27,163 bases of DNA from a virus (Duplodnaviria > Caudoviricetes): positions 1-27,163 of IMG/VR virus record IMGVR_UViG_3300014720_000151; one strand, 5' to 3'. The notes below the pieces were generated by a model. The model was given only the letters and a program-made list of their open reading frames with translations. It did no database searches and was not told where the DNA came from. Positions 1 through 8,152 of this stretch are shown here, in pieces. The stretch's first letter is position 1; each line of letters begins with the position of its first letter. Both the position numbers and the translations under genes were made by a program.

Positions 1-1
1 T

Positions 2-700
2 GAAGAAGAAGTATCAAGTCTTAATACAACGGGTATAAAAAAAGGAAGAAAAACTATTAAAAATAAAATACAGTTCCAACTTACTCTTAACGAGGAACAA
101 AAAAAAATAAAAGCTGATGCTCTTCGTGATACAATTTCAGTATTCGTTGGTAAAGCCGGCTCCGGTAAAACATTACTGGCAACACAAATTGCCCTTGAAT
201 GTTTTTTCTATCGTGAAGTTGAAAAGATAATAATTACAAGACCAACTGTTTCCAATGAAGATTTAGGATTTCTTCCTGGTAATATAAAAGAAAAAATGGA
301 TCCTTGGGTATCTCCTATTCAAGCAAACATGAATATGTTATACCACAAAGAAAAAATTGAAAAGTTAATGGCTGAAGATAAGATAGAAATTGCTCCTATC
401 TCTTTTCTTCGTGGTAGAACATTTGTAAATTCTTGTGTGATAGTTGATGAATCACAGAATGTAACCAAACCACAAATGGAAATGATATTGTCTCGTCTTG
501 GTATAAATTCAAAAATGATTTTAACTGGAGATATATCACAAATTGACTTAAAACAGAAAAAAGATTCCGGTCTTCCATATTTATTTAATATGAAAGACAA
601 GATAAATGGGTTGGGGGTATATGAATTAAAAACAAACCACCGTCATCCTATTGTTGATGATATATTGAAGTATTTTGAAGAAACAAAATCCGAGAAATAA
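2..700 (+). CDS. phoH: PhoH-family ATPase, 5'-truncated by the window edge
   Basis: The 296..700 frame is open back to position 2 (EEEVSSLNTTG...). It has a Walker A motif GKAGSGKT (149-172), 'ITRPTV..EDLGFLPGNIKEKMDPW', 'FLRGRTF', Walker B 'VIVDESQN', 'LSRLG', 'TGDISQIDL' and 'NHRHPIV', all characteristic of PhoH. Confidence 0.93.
   Translation, partial: EEEVSSLNTTGIKKGRKTIKNKIQFQLTLNEEQKKIKADALRDTISVFVGKAGSGKTLLATQIALECFFYREVEKIIITRPTVSNEDLGFLPGNIKEKMDPWVSPIQANMNMLYHKEKIEKLMAEDKIEIAPISFLRGRTFVNSCVIVDESQNVTKPQMEMILSRLGINSKMILTGDISQIDLKQKKDSGLPYLFNMKDKINGLGVYELKTNHRHPIVDDILKYFEETKSEK
577..584 (+). promoter_or_regulatory. ATATTTAT element (putative late promoter) inside phoH, upstream of the neck gene
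   Basis: CATATTTATT, the same motif as the intergenic copies, about 120 nt before ATG 701. Confidence 0.45.
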
Positions 701-1831
701 ATGACTGAAATTCCTATTTGGCCTGGTTCGTCTAGCTTTGCTACTGGTAGCACACCTTTTGGAACATTTGATAATGATGCAGATTTTCAAGCAGAAGCAG
801 ATCCTTTTGCGGATTGGTGTGCTAAAAGATTAGGTTATCCTATTGTTGATGTTGAATTGCAGGATGTAAATTTTTATACTTGTTTTGAAGAAGCAGTATA
901 TGAATACTCATATAATGTCAATCAGTTTAATATACAACAAAACCTTTTGAGTTTGATGGGTTCATCAACAGGATCAAATGTGACTCAAAGAAATATATCA
1001 ACAAACATGGGTGGATTAGTTCAACTTGCAACCGAATATGGTAGTGAAACTTTTACTAACGGTAATGTTAAATTTTATTCTTCATCTATTGATATTACTG
1101 TTGGAAAACAACAATATGATTTGGATGCACTAATACGTGATGTAAAAGTTCCAACCGGTTCAATAGAAATAAAAAAAGTACATCACTATTCCCCACCGGC
1201 TTCAATGAGATTTTACGATCCTTATTTGGGAAATCAAGCAATGCTTGACACATTTGGGTTCGGTGCTTATTCTACTGGTGTATCATTTATGTTGATGCCT
1301 ATGTATGCCGATCTGCTTCGTGTTCAGGCAATTGAATTTAATGATATAATGCGTAAGTCTGCATTCTCATTTGAAATAATAGACAATGATTTGAGGATAT
1401 TTCCAGTTCCAACCAAAAATTACAAACTTTGGATAGAATATATTGTAAAAGAAGAAAGAAGTAATCCATTAAAATATCCGGGTGGACAAGTTTCTGATAT
1501 GTCAAATGCTCCATATGATTTTATGATTTATTCTAAAATAAATTCACCAGGAAAAACATGGATATATTCGTTTGGTCTTGCTTTGGCAAAAGAAATGCTT
1601 GGATATATTCGCGGTAAATATGGAAGTATACCAATACCAAATGGAGAAACAACATTAAATGCTGCAGATTTATTGTCAGCTGCAACAGCAGAAAAACAGG
1701 CATTGGTAGAACAATTAAGAACTATGTTAGATACAATGACCAGAAGTAAATTATTAGAAGCAAAAAGATTAGAAACTGAAGCACTTGCAGCTAGTTTGAA
1801 TGGAACTCCTTTATCAATTTACATAGGATAA
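701..1831 (+). CDS. Probable neck/head-tail adaptor protein (T4 gp13-like)
   Basis: 376-aa ORF abutting phoH. 'KRLGYPIVDVEL' near the N-terminus and 'ALAKEMLGYIRGKYGSIPIPNGETTLN' near the C-terminus resemble myovirus neck proteins. It is first in the connector cluster before the sheath. Confidence 0.7.
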   Translation: MTEIPIWPGSSSFATGSTPFGTFDNDADFQAEADPFADWCAKRLGYPIVDVELQDVNFYTCFEEAVYEYSYNVNQFNIQQNLLSLMGSSTGSNVTQRNISTNMGGLVQLATEYGSETFTNGNVKFYSSSIDITVGKQQYDLDALIRDVKVPTGSIEIKKVHHYSPPASMRFYDPYLGNQAMLDTFGFGAYSTGVSFMLMPMYADLLRVQAIEFNDIMRKSAFSFEIIDNDLRIFPVPTKNYKLWIEYIVKEERSNPLKYPGGQVSDMSNAPYDFMIYSKINSPGKTWIYSFGLALAKEMLGYIRGKYGSIPIPNGETTLNAADLLSAATAEKQALVEQLRTMLDTMTRSKLLEAKRLETEALAASLNGTPLSIYIG

Positions 1832-1835
1832 TACA

Positions 1836-2360
1836 ATGCCATTATTTCACGGAACCAGAGATGCTGGACTTGTTCACAAGTTTAATATGGAATTGGTCAA
1901 TGATATAATTGATACGGAAGTTGCTGTTTACAAACTTTCATTGGAAAATACAAAAACAAATTTGTATAATGAATCCGATAAAAAAGTATATCATAGTCCT
2001 GTAAAAGTTCCTGCTCTTATTGCAAGAGAGGCACAAGCGTATGAAGGAACAGAATTTGGTCAAGACTATCAACAAACAGCAACATATTCATTTATACGAG
2101 AAAACTTAAAAGAAGCTGATTTATTTATTGAAGTTGGTGATGTAGTAGAGTATAACGGTGAATGGTGGGAAATTGATCAAGTTCAAGAAAATCAATACTT
2201 TGGTGGTAAAAATCCTGATTACTCTTTTGCCGGTGTTAATTGGGGACACAATGTTTCCATAATTGCTAGCACACACTTAACAAGAAGGTCAAGAATACAC
2301 ATAGAAGAATTTAGACCTGCAATAACAACTAATCATAATGATATTCCGAGCAACATATAA
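1836..2360 (+). CDS. Probable head-closure/neck protein (T4 gp14-like)
   Basis: 174-aa ORF between the neck and terminator candidates. 'TNLYNES..K' and 'IEVGDVVEYNGEWWEIDQV' fit a head-closure beta-barrel. Mainly synteny. Confidence 0.55.
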   Translation: MPLFHGTRDAGLVHKFNMELVNDIIDTEVAVYKLSLENTKTNLYNESDKKVYHSPVKVPALIAREAQAYEGTEFGQDYQQTATYSFIRENLKEADLFIEVGDVVEYNGEWWEIDQVQENQYFGGKNPDYSFAGVNWGHNVSIIASTHLTRRSRIHIEEFRPAITTNHNDIPSNI

Positions 2361-3424
2361 TGGTTAATTCTGCAAAATATAGAAAACCTCCAATACGAAG
2401 AACACGTGATTCTTTCATTGATGATGTTCGTTCTGAACAAAATCAAAGACAAGATCTTGGTAAAGGAAGACAATTACAATTTCGTAGAGACAAAGATAAA
2501 ACAAGAAGTGTATCTATAACTTTGTATGATATAGATTTTTCTGTTAAATCTTTTATTGATCAAAAAATGATGTTGAGAGTTGAGGATAATAGTGAATCAC
2601 TAATGGTTCCTATTATTTATGCAAATTCTGAAAAATGGGCATCTATACAAAAAGACGGTTTCCTAAAAGATAAAAAAGGAAAAACAATAGTTCCATTGAT
2701 AACTTTTAGAAGATCTGCAGTTGCATTAAATCCAACATTAAAACGTAATAAAGTTGCAACAACAAAACAGATTGCATATGTAATGCAACATCGTTACAAT
2801 AAAATGACACCATACGATAGGTTTAGCACTCAATATGAAAGAAAACCATCGTATGAGTATTATATGACTCCTATGCCTGATTTTGTTGATATTACGTATG
2901 ACTTTATAGTTTGGTGTGAATATCAAAATCAATTGAATCATATTCTTGAGCAATTTGTTCATTTCAGTGGACAGGCGTTTGGTGATAAAAATTACTATAA
3001 ATTTTCAACAAATATGGACTCGATGAATATAGAAGACAACAACACAACAGGTCAAGACCGTGTAGTTCGTTCAACATTTCAAATAACAGTTTATGGTTAT
3101 CTTATACCAAAAGATGTTGCAGCTGAAACAACAACCAAAAGAGTTATTAGTGCAAATAAAATACGTTTTGTTTCTGAAATGTTTGGTGACATCAATTCTA
3201 TGATGAATCCAGATAATGTAAATTATTATGGAACTACAAACGAATTAAATTCAAGATTGCGAGGTGCCGGTCAAGATGCCTATAATCGCGGTAGATTTGG
3301 AAGTGCAAACGGAGAGGGTGATGACGCATTGGCTGCATTTAGACGCCGTGTTGCTCAAATGGTGGATATTTCATTATCAAGATCTGCCGATGTTTATACA
3401 TTTGAGATAGATGAAACAGATTAA
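2360..3424 (+). CDS. Probable tail terminator/sheath stabiliser (T4 gp15-like)
   Basis: 354 aa, coupled to the previous gene by a TAATG overlap. 'VPIIYANSEKW', 'PLITFRR', 'PDFVDITYDFIVW' and 'FQITVYGYL' resemble gp15-like proteins. It lies upstream of the sheath. Confidence 0.6.
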   Translation: MVNSAKYRKPPIRRTRDSFIDDVRSEQNQRQDLGKGRQLQFRRDKDKTRSVSITLYDIDFSVKSFIDQKMMLRVEDNSESLMVPIIYANSEKWASIQKDGFLKDKKGKTIVPLITFRRSAVALNPTLKRNKVATTKQIAYVMQHRYNKMTPYDRFSTQYERKPSYEYYMTPMPDFVDITYDFIVWCEYQNQLNHILEQFVHFSGQAFGDKNYYKFSTNMDSMNIEDNNTTGQDRVVRSTFQITVYGYLIPKDVAAETTTKRVISANKIRFVSEMFGDINSMMNPDNVNYYGTTNELNSRLRGAGQDAYNRGRFGSANGEGDDALAAFRRRVAQMVDISLSRSADVYTFEIDETD

Positions 3425-3449
3425 ATTCATATTCTAATAATTTTGGAAC

Positions 3450-3457
3450 ATATTTAT
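3450..3457 (+). promoter_or_regulatory. ATATTTAT element (putative late promoter)
   Basis: Intergenic, about 43 nt before ATG 3494. Confidence 0.7.
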
Positions 3458-3493
3458 TAGTGTTATATTTTACAATTTTAAGAGAGGTTTTAT

Positions 3494-3793
3494 ATGGCAG
3501 AGAATGCTGAAAACACAGTTACAGAACAAGATTTTGAACAAGAAGATATTGACACCGTAAAAGGTTTACAGTCAAGTTATGCTAGGACAACTGCACAAAT
3601 TGGCCAAGTAGAAATTGAGTTACATCTTCTGAATAAAAGACTTGAACAAATGAAAGAATTGAGAGAAAGACTTTTTACAGAGTATTCTAATTTACAAACA
3701 GAAGAAACTGAATTAGTGAAAAAATTAAATGAAAAATATGGTGATGGTGTATTAGATTTGGACTCTGGCAAATTTATTCCATCTAAATCATAA
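3494..3793 (+). CDS. Small acidic coiled-coil protein of unknown function
   Basis: 99 aa with an upstream GAGAGG RBS and its own ATATTTAT element. Heptad pattern followed by the C-terminal 'EKYGDGVLDLDSGKFIP'. Confidence 0.75.
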   Translation: MAENAENTVTEQDFEQEDIDTVKGLQSSYARTTAQIGQVEIELHLLNKRLEQMKELRERLFTEYSNLQTEETELVKKLNEKYGDGVLDLDSGKFIPSKS

Positions 3794-3810
3794 TTTGGAT
3801 TTTTTGTTTC

Positions 3811-3818
3811 ATATTTAT
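3811..3818 (+). promoter_or_regulatory. ATATTTAT element (putative late promoter)
   Basis: Intergenic, about 44 nt before the sheath GTG. Confidence 0.7.
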
Positions 3819-3855
3819 ATGCAGATTTCATTCTATAATTTTATGGAGATAATAA

Positions 3856-6294
3856 GTGGCTAATGAAAGAATTGTAAGTCCTGGAGTGTTTACTAATGAA
3901 ATGGACCTGTCATTCCTTCCACAAGGAATAGGTAACATTGGTGCAGCTCTTTTAGGACCAACGCTTAAGGGACCTGCGTTTGTCCCAACCGTAGTTAATA
4001 GTTTTGGTGACTTTGTTACTCATTTTGGTAACACATACGAACAATCATATTTACCTTATACAGCAAAAAATTACCTCAATAATGCTGGTAGTGCAACCAT
4101 AGTTCGTGTTCTTGGATCTGGTGGATATTCTTTGAAACATCCTATTGCACTTGTTGCTACTGGTTCTTGGGGCAAGAAATTGATTTCTTTCTTGCATCCT
4201 ACATTTGTTGTAACTAATTCCGATGCAACATCATTGTTTCAAACAACAAAGATTGCTTCAAATAATAGTGGTAGTTTTGTTATTACTGTATCTGGTTCAT
4301 TCACAACAGATTCATCTGCATTTACAAATGCTACAAGTGAAAACGGAATTGATTTTAGTTCTTCTATAAATCCAGAAAGTTCTGCATATATCGGTGATTT
4401 GTATGGTTACAATCCATACGGCACTCACGCTGTATACAATTATGTAAACTTCAAAAAACAAGCATCTGCTTCTATTGCATCTGATGCAGCAACTACCATA
4501 TTGATTGAAACTGGCTCTGCTGGTTCACCATGGGATTTCACAACTGATTATCTTGAAGCATCTACACCTTACATAACATCACAAAAAGTTGGTGCTACTA
4601 CAACTAATCTTTTCAAATTCCATACTCTTTCTCATGGTATTCATTCAAACTATGAAGTAAAAGTTGGTATTGCAAACATTCGTCCTGCTGGAACAATTGC
4701 TGGTTCCGAATATGGTGACTTTGATGTTGTTGTTAGATTTGTTGATCAATCTAAATTACCAACAACTCCTTTCAACTATGAAGACGAAGATTTGCGTCCA
4801 AATGTAATTGAGTCATTTAAGTGTAACTTGGATCCTAATTCACCTAAATTTATTTCACGTGTAATTGGTGATAGATTTATTACAATTACCGATGAAGGTA
4901 AAGTTGTTGTTAATGGTGACTATTCAAATAAATCAAAATATATTCGTGTTGAAGTAACAGAGGCAGTAACAAATGGTGGTGTATCACCAACATTAGTTCC
5001 TTTCGGTTTCCGTGCCTTGAAATCACCTATACCATCTGCATTTACTCAACCACCTGCTGCTACTTATGTAACAGATCAAGTGGCTGGTGGTGCTTACAAT
5101 AGACGAGTATATTGGGGTTTCTCTTATGATTTCACAAATACCGATAACTTTAATTACTTGCGCCCACTTCCAATTACAGATAATCAAACAACAGGATCTA
5201 ACGCAGACTTCTATCTTGGTGATTATCAACAAAATCCTGGTGCAAGTTTCCCAACAAGTGCAGCTGCTTATAGCTCATCAATTGATTTGTCTACAAACAC
5301 TGCATTAGATTCTCGTAAATTTATTGTGCCACTTCAAGGTGGATTTGACGGTCACAAGCCAAATCTTCAAAAGAAGTTAGGAAATTATATTGAAGCCGGT
5401 AATACACAAGGATTTGATATATCAAATTCAACTGCAGATGGGTATACTTCATATAAGAAGGCAATTGATACAATTTCAAACGCTGACGAATTTGATATTA
5501 ACATGGTTGCAACACCTGGTGTTCTCCACTCATTACATTCTGCAATAACAAACTATGCTAAAGATATGTGTGAAGACCGTGGCGATGCTTTCTATGTAAT
5601 GGATTGTGCCGGTTGGAATGATAACATTGCAACTGCGGTATCAACAACCGAAGGATTTGATAGTAACTATGCAGCTACTTACTATCCTTGGGTTAAGATT
5701 CTCGACTTCGATAGAAACAAACCAATTTGGGTTCCACCTTCTGTTGTTCTTCCTGGCGTTATTGCATTCAATGACCGTGTTGCCGCTGAATGGTTCGCTC
5801 CTGCTGGTTTGAATCGTGGTGGTCTTACCGAAGTTGTTGAAGTAAAGTCAAGATTAACTCATGCAGAAAGAGATACATTATACGAAGCTCGTATCAATCC
5901 TATTGCGGTGTTCCCATCAACAGGTGTATGTGTTTGGGGTCAAAAAACATTGCAAGGTAGACCTTCTGCTCTTGACCGTATCAATGTTCGCCGTCTATTG
6001 ATTGCTGCTAAGAAGTTTATTGCTTCTTCCACAAGATACCTTGTGTTTGAACAAAATACTTCACAAACACGCTCAAGATTCTTGAACATCGTGACACCTT
6101 ACTTGGAGTCAATTCAACAGCGTCAAGGTTTGTATGCGTTCCGTGTTATCATGGATGAAAGTAACAATACACCTGAAATAATTGACCGTAACATTCTTTA
6201 TGGACAATTGTTCTTACAACCTGCCAAGACAGCTGAATTTATCATTCTTGATTTCAACATTCAGTCCACTGGTGCGGCATTTCCAGGTGCTTAA
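3856..6294 (+). CDS. Contractile tail sheath protein
   Basis: 812 aa, GTG start with GGAG RBS. N-terminal 'SPGVFTNEMDLS' and 'GPTLKGPAFVP'. C-terminal sheath motifs 'YAATYYPWV', 'WVPPS', 'WFAPAGLNRG', 'WGQKTL', 'RINVRRL', 'VFEQN' and 'PAKTAEFI'. Confidence 0.96.
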   Translation: MANERIVSPGVFTNEMDLSFLPQGIGNIGAALLGPTLKGPAFVPTVVNSFGDFVTHFGNTYEQSYLPYTAKNYLNNAGSATIVRVLGSGGYSLKHPIALVATGSWGKKLISFLHPTFVVTNSDATSLFQTTKIASNNSGSFVITVSGSFTTDSSAFTNATSENGIDFSSSINPESSAYIGDLYGYNPYGTHAVYNYVNFKKQASASIASDAATTILIETGSAGSPWDFTTDYLEASTPYITSQKVGATTTNLFKFHTLSHGIHSNYEVKVGIANIRPAGTIAGSEYGDFDVVVRFVDQSKLPTTPFNYEDEDLRPNVIESFKCNLDPNSPKFISRVIGDRFITITDEGKVVVNGDYSNKSKYIRVEVTEAVTNGGVSPTLVPFGFRALKSPIPSAFTQPPAATYVTDQVAGGAYNRRVYWGFSYDFTNTDNFNYLRPLPITDNQTTGSNADFYLGDYQQNPGASFPTSAAAYSSSIDLSTNTALDSRKFIVPLQGGFDGHKPNLQKKLGNYIEAGNTQGFDISNSTADGYTSYKKAIDTISNADEFDINMVATPGVLHSLHSAITNYAKDMCEDRGDAFYVMDCAGWNDNIATAVSTTEGFDSNYAATYYPWVKILDFDRNKPIWVPPSVVLPGVIAFNDRVAAEWFAPAGLNRGGLTEVVEVKSRLTHAERDTLYEARINPIAVFPSTGVCVWGQKTLQGRPSALDRINVRRLLIAAKKFIASSTRYLVFEQNTSQTRSRFLNIVTPYLESIQQRQGLYAFRVIMDESNNTPEIIDRNILYGQLFLQPAKTAEFIILDFNIQSTGAAFPGA

Positions 6295-6304
6295 TTGATA
6301 TAAG

Positions 6305-6337
6305 TGGGGAGATGAAATACTCTCCCCATATTTTTTT
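6305..6337 (+). terminator. Intrinsic terminator after the sheath gene
   Basis: Perfect 8-bp stem TGGGGAGA (6305-6312)/TCTCCCCA (6321-6328) followed by TA and T7. Confidence 0.85.
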
Positions 6338-6346
6338 CAAAGTTGT

Positions 6347-6354
6347 ATATTTAT
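6347..6354 (+). promoter_or_regulatory. ATATTTAT element (putative late promoter)
   Basis: Between the sheath terminator and the tube ATG. Confidence 0.72.
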
Positions 6355-6385
6355 TTACAAAGATATTTTTAATTTGGAGATATAA

Positions 6386-6874
6386 ATGGCTGAATTACTC
6401 GATCCCAATGAAATTTTTTTCACACCGTTTGAACCAAAATTACAGAACCGATTTATTATGTATATTGAGGGCGTTCCTGCATATTTGGTAAAAGGTGCTG
6501 GTAGACCAAACATTAGTTTCAATCCAATCACACTTGACCACATCAACGTCAAACGCAAGGTAAAGGGAAAGGGTGAATGGCAAGATATTACAATCAAGTT
6601 ATACGATCCCATAGTCCCGTCTGCTGCTCAGGCAACGATGGAATGGGTGCGTCTTTCACACGAATCTGTAACAGGTCGTGATGGTTATTCTGACTTTTAC
6701 AAGAAAGACATAACACTTCATGTTCTCGGTCCTGTTGGTGATAAGGTTGAAGAATGGACACTCAAAGGTGCTTTCATTACTGCAACAACATTCGGTGAAA
6801 TGGATTGGGCAAACGATGCGTTTGTTGAGATTTCTCTCACACTCGCATACGATTATGCTATCCTCCAATACTAA
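6386..6874 (+). CDS. Tail tube protein (T4 gp19-like)
   Basis: 162 aa directly after the sheath, GGAG RBS. Motifs 'EPKLQNRF', 'GKGEWQDITIKLYDPI', 'YKKDITL...GPVGDKVEEWTLKGAF' and 'LTLAYDY'. Confidence 0.92.
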   Translation: MAELLDPNEIFFTPFEPKLQNRFIMYIEGVPAYLVKGAGRPNISFNPITLDHINVKRKVKGKGEWQDITIKLYDPIVPSAAQATMEWVRLSHESVTGRDGYSDFYKKDITLHVLGPVGDKVEEWTLKGAFITATTFGEMDWANDAFVEISLTLAYDYAILQY

Positions 6875-6913
6875 TACGATTTGTATTATCATATTGAAAT
6901 TGAATTAAAATAC

Positions 6914-6950
6914 GGGTATACTGATTTTTTCGGTATACCCATATTTATTT
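6914..6950 (+). terminator. Stem-loop (probable terminator) after the tube gene, abutting an ATATTTAT element
   Basis: GGGTATACTGA (6914-6924)/TCGGTATACCC (6930-6940) with one G-U pair, followed by the T-rich ATATTTATTT. Confidence 0.65.
6941..6948 (+). promoter_or_regulatory. ATATTTAT element (putative late promoter)
   Basis: Intergenic, before the chaperone gene. Confidence 0.7.
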
Positions 6951-6997
6951 AGGTATATTAAAACGTTTTATTTTACACAATGTTATAGGATTTAGTT

Positions 6998-7864
6998 ATG
7001 TCAAAAATTCCAACCGGCTACAATGTAGCAAATGAAGAAGCTGTGTCTGATGCAGATATTAAAGCACAACTTCTTGCAGAACACAAACAAACCTCTGTTA
7101 AAAAAACAAACTTTCCAACAGAGATAATACCATTGCCTTCAAAAGGATTACTGTATTCAGAAGGACATCCACTTGCAGAAGGTGTAATTGAAATGAAATA
7201 CATGACTGCAAAAGAAGAAGATATTTTAACTTCACAAAATCTTATCAAACAAGGAGTTGTTTTAGACAAATTGTTTGAGTCTTTGATTGTAACTCCAATC
7301 AATTATTCTGACTTGTATACGGGTGATAAAAACGCAATCATGGTTGCCGCTAGAATTTTGGGTTATGGGAAGGACTATACAGTTCAAATAGATGATCCAT
7401 TTTCGCCGGGAAATAAACAACAAGTTACAATAGATTTAACTGAAATTGAGCACAAGGAGGTCGATTATAGCTTATTTCAGAATGGCAAAAAAGAGTTCGA
7501 TTTTGAATTACCAATATCAAATAGAGTAGTTACGTTCAGATTGATGACACACGGAATGGAAAAAGAAGTGCAGAGTGAAATAAAATCTATGAATAAAACT
7601 CTCGTAAAAACAGGTATTGATAGAGAACTTACAACAAGACTCAAACATATTATTACATCAGTTGATGGTGAAACCGGAAGAGCTGCTATAAATAGTTTTG
7701 TTGATAACGAATTATTTGCAGCCGATTCAAGGGCGTTACGGTCATACATAAAAGAAATCTCACCCGATTTGGATATGACGTTTACGTTTGTTTCGGATAT
7801 AACAGGTGAGGTAAAGGAGATAGACATACCCGTTGAGGTATCATTTTTTTGGCCTGGCACCTGA
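6998..7864 (+). CDS. Tail assembly / baseplate-hub assembly chaperone (T4 gp26-like)
   Basis: 288 aa between tube and tape measure. Motifs 'PTEIIPLPSKGLLY', 'MKYMTAKEEDIL', 'GDKNAIMVAARILGYGKDY' and a terminal 'FFWP'. Confidence 0.75.
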   Translation: MSKIPTGYNVANEEAVSDADIKAQLLAEHKQTSVKKTNFPTEIIPLPSKGLLYSEGHPLAEGVIEMKYMTAKEEDILTSQNLIKQGVVLDKLFESLIVTPINYSDLYTGDKNAIMVAARILGYGKDYTVQIDDPFSPGNKQQVTIDLTEIEHKEVDYSLFQNGKKEFDFELPISNRVVTFRLMTHGMEKEVQSEIKSMNKTLVKTGIDRELTTRLKHIITSVDGETGRAAINSFVDNELFAADSRALRSYIKEISPDLDMTFTFVSDITGEVKEIDIPVEVSFFWPGT

Positions 7865-8087
7865 TTATAGATTAGGGTTACATGAAGAAATTTTTTCTTT
7901 ATGTTATTATGGTAAAGGTGGTTTTACTTGGGATGAAGTTTATGGTCTTCCAATACATTTGAGAAGATTTTATATCAATCAAGTAAAAAAAGTGTTAGAA
8001 GAAAAAAATAAGGTAGAACATGCAGAAGTTTCAAAACATAAAGTGAGTATGCCTACGTTCTCTAAACCACCAACACCAAGAAGATAA
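7833..8087 (+). CDS. Overlapping ORF, probably the frameshift extension of the chaperone (lambda gpT-like role)
   Basis: It is in the +1 frame relative to 6998..7864 and has only a weak TTG start. The overlap contains a T7 run at 7844-7850. 'GGFTWDEVYGLPIHLRRFY' resembles the gpT-type helical hairpin, and the ORF immediately precedes the tape measure gene. Confidence 0.7.
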   Translation: MRYHFFGLAPDYRLGLHEEIFSLCYYGKGGFTWDEVYGLPIHLRRFYINQVKKVLEEKNKVEHAEVSKHKVSMPTFSKPPTPRR

Positions 8088-8092
8088 ATTTG

Positions 8093-8132
8093 CGGTTTAC
8101 ATATTTATAGTGGATATGTAAACCGTTTTTTT
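8093..8132 (+). terminator. Intrinsic terminator containing an ATATTTAT element
   Basis: Perfect 12-bp stem CGGTTTACATAT (8093-8104)/ATATGTAAACCG (8114-8125) followed by T7. Confidence 0.8.
8101..8108 (+). promoter_or_regulatory. ATATTTAT element (putative late promoter)
   Basis: Inside the terminator hairpin before the tape measure gene. Confidence 0.7.
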
Positions 8133-8152
8133 ATGATTATCCGTAGAAATAA

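Noticed and set aside
296-700. PhoH as a 134-aa protein starting at 296
   Set aside because: The frame is open to the window start and includes the Walker A motif, so 296 is an internal Met.
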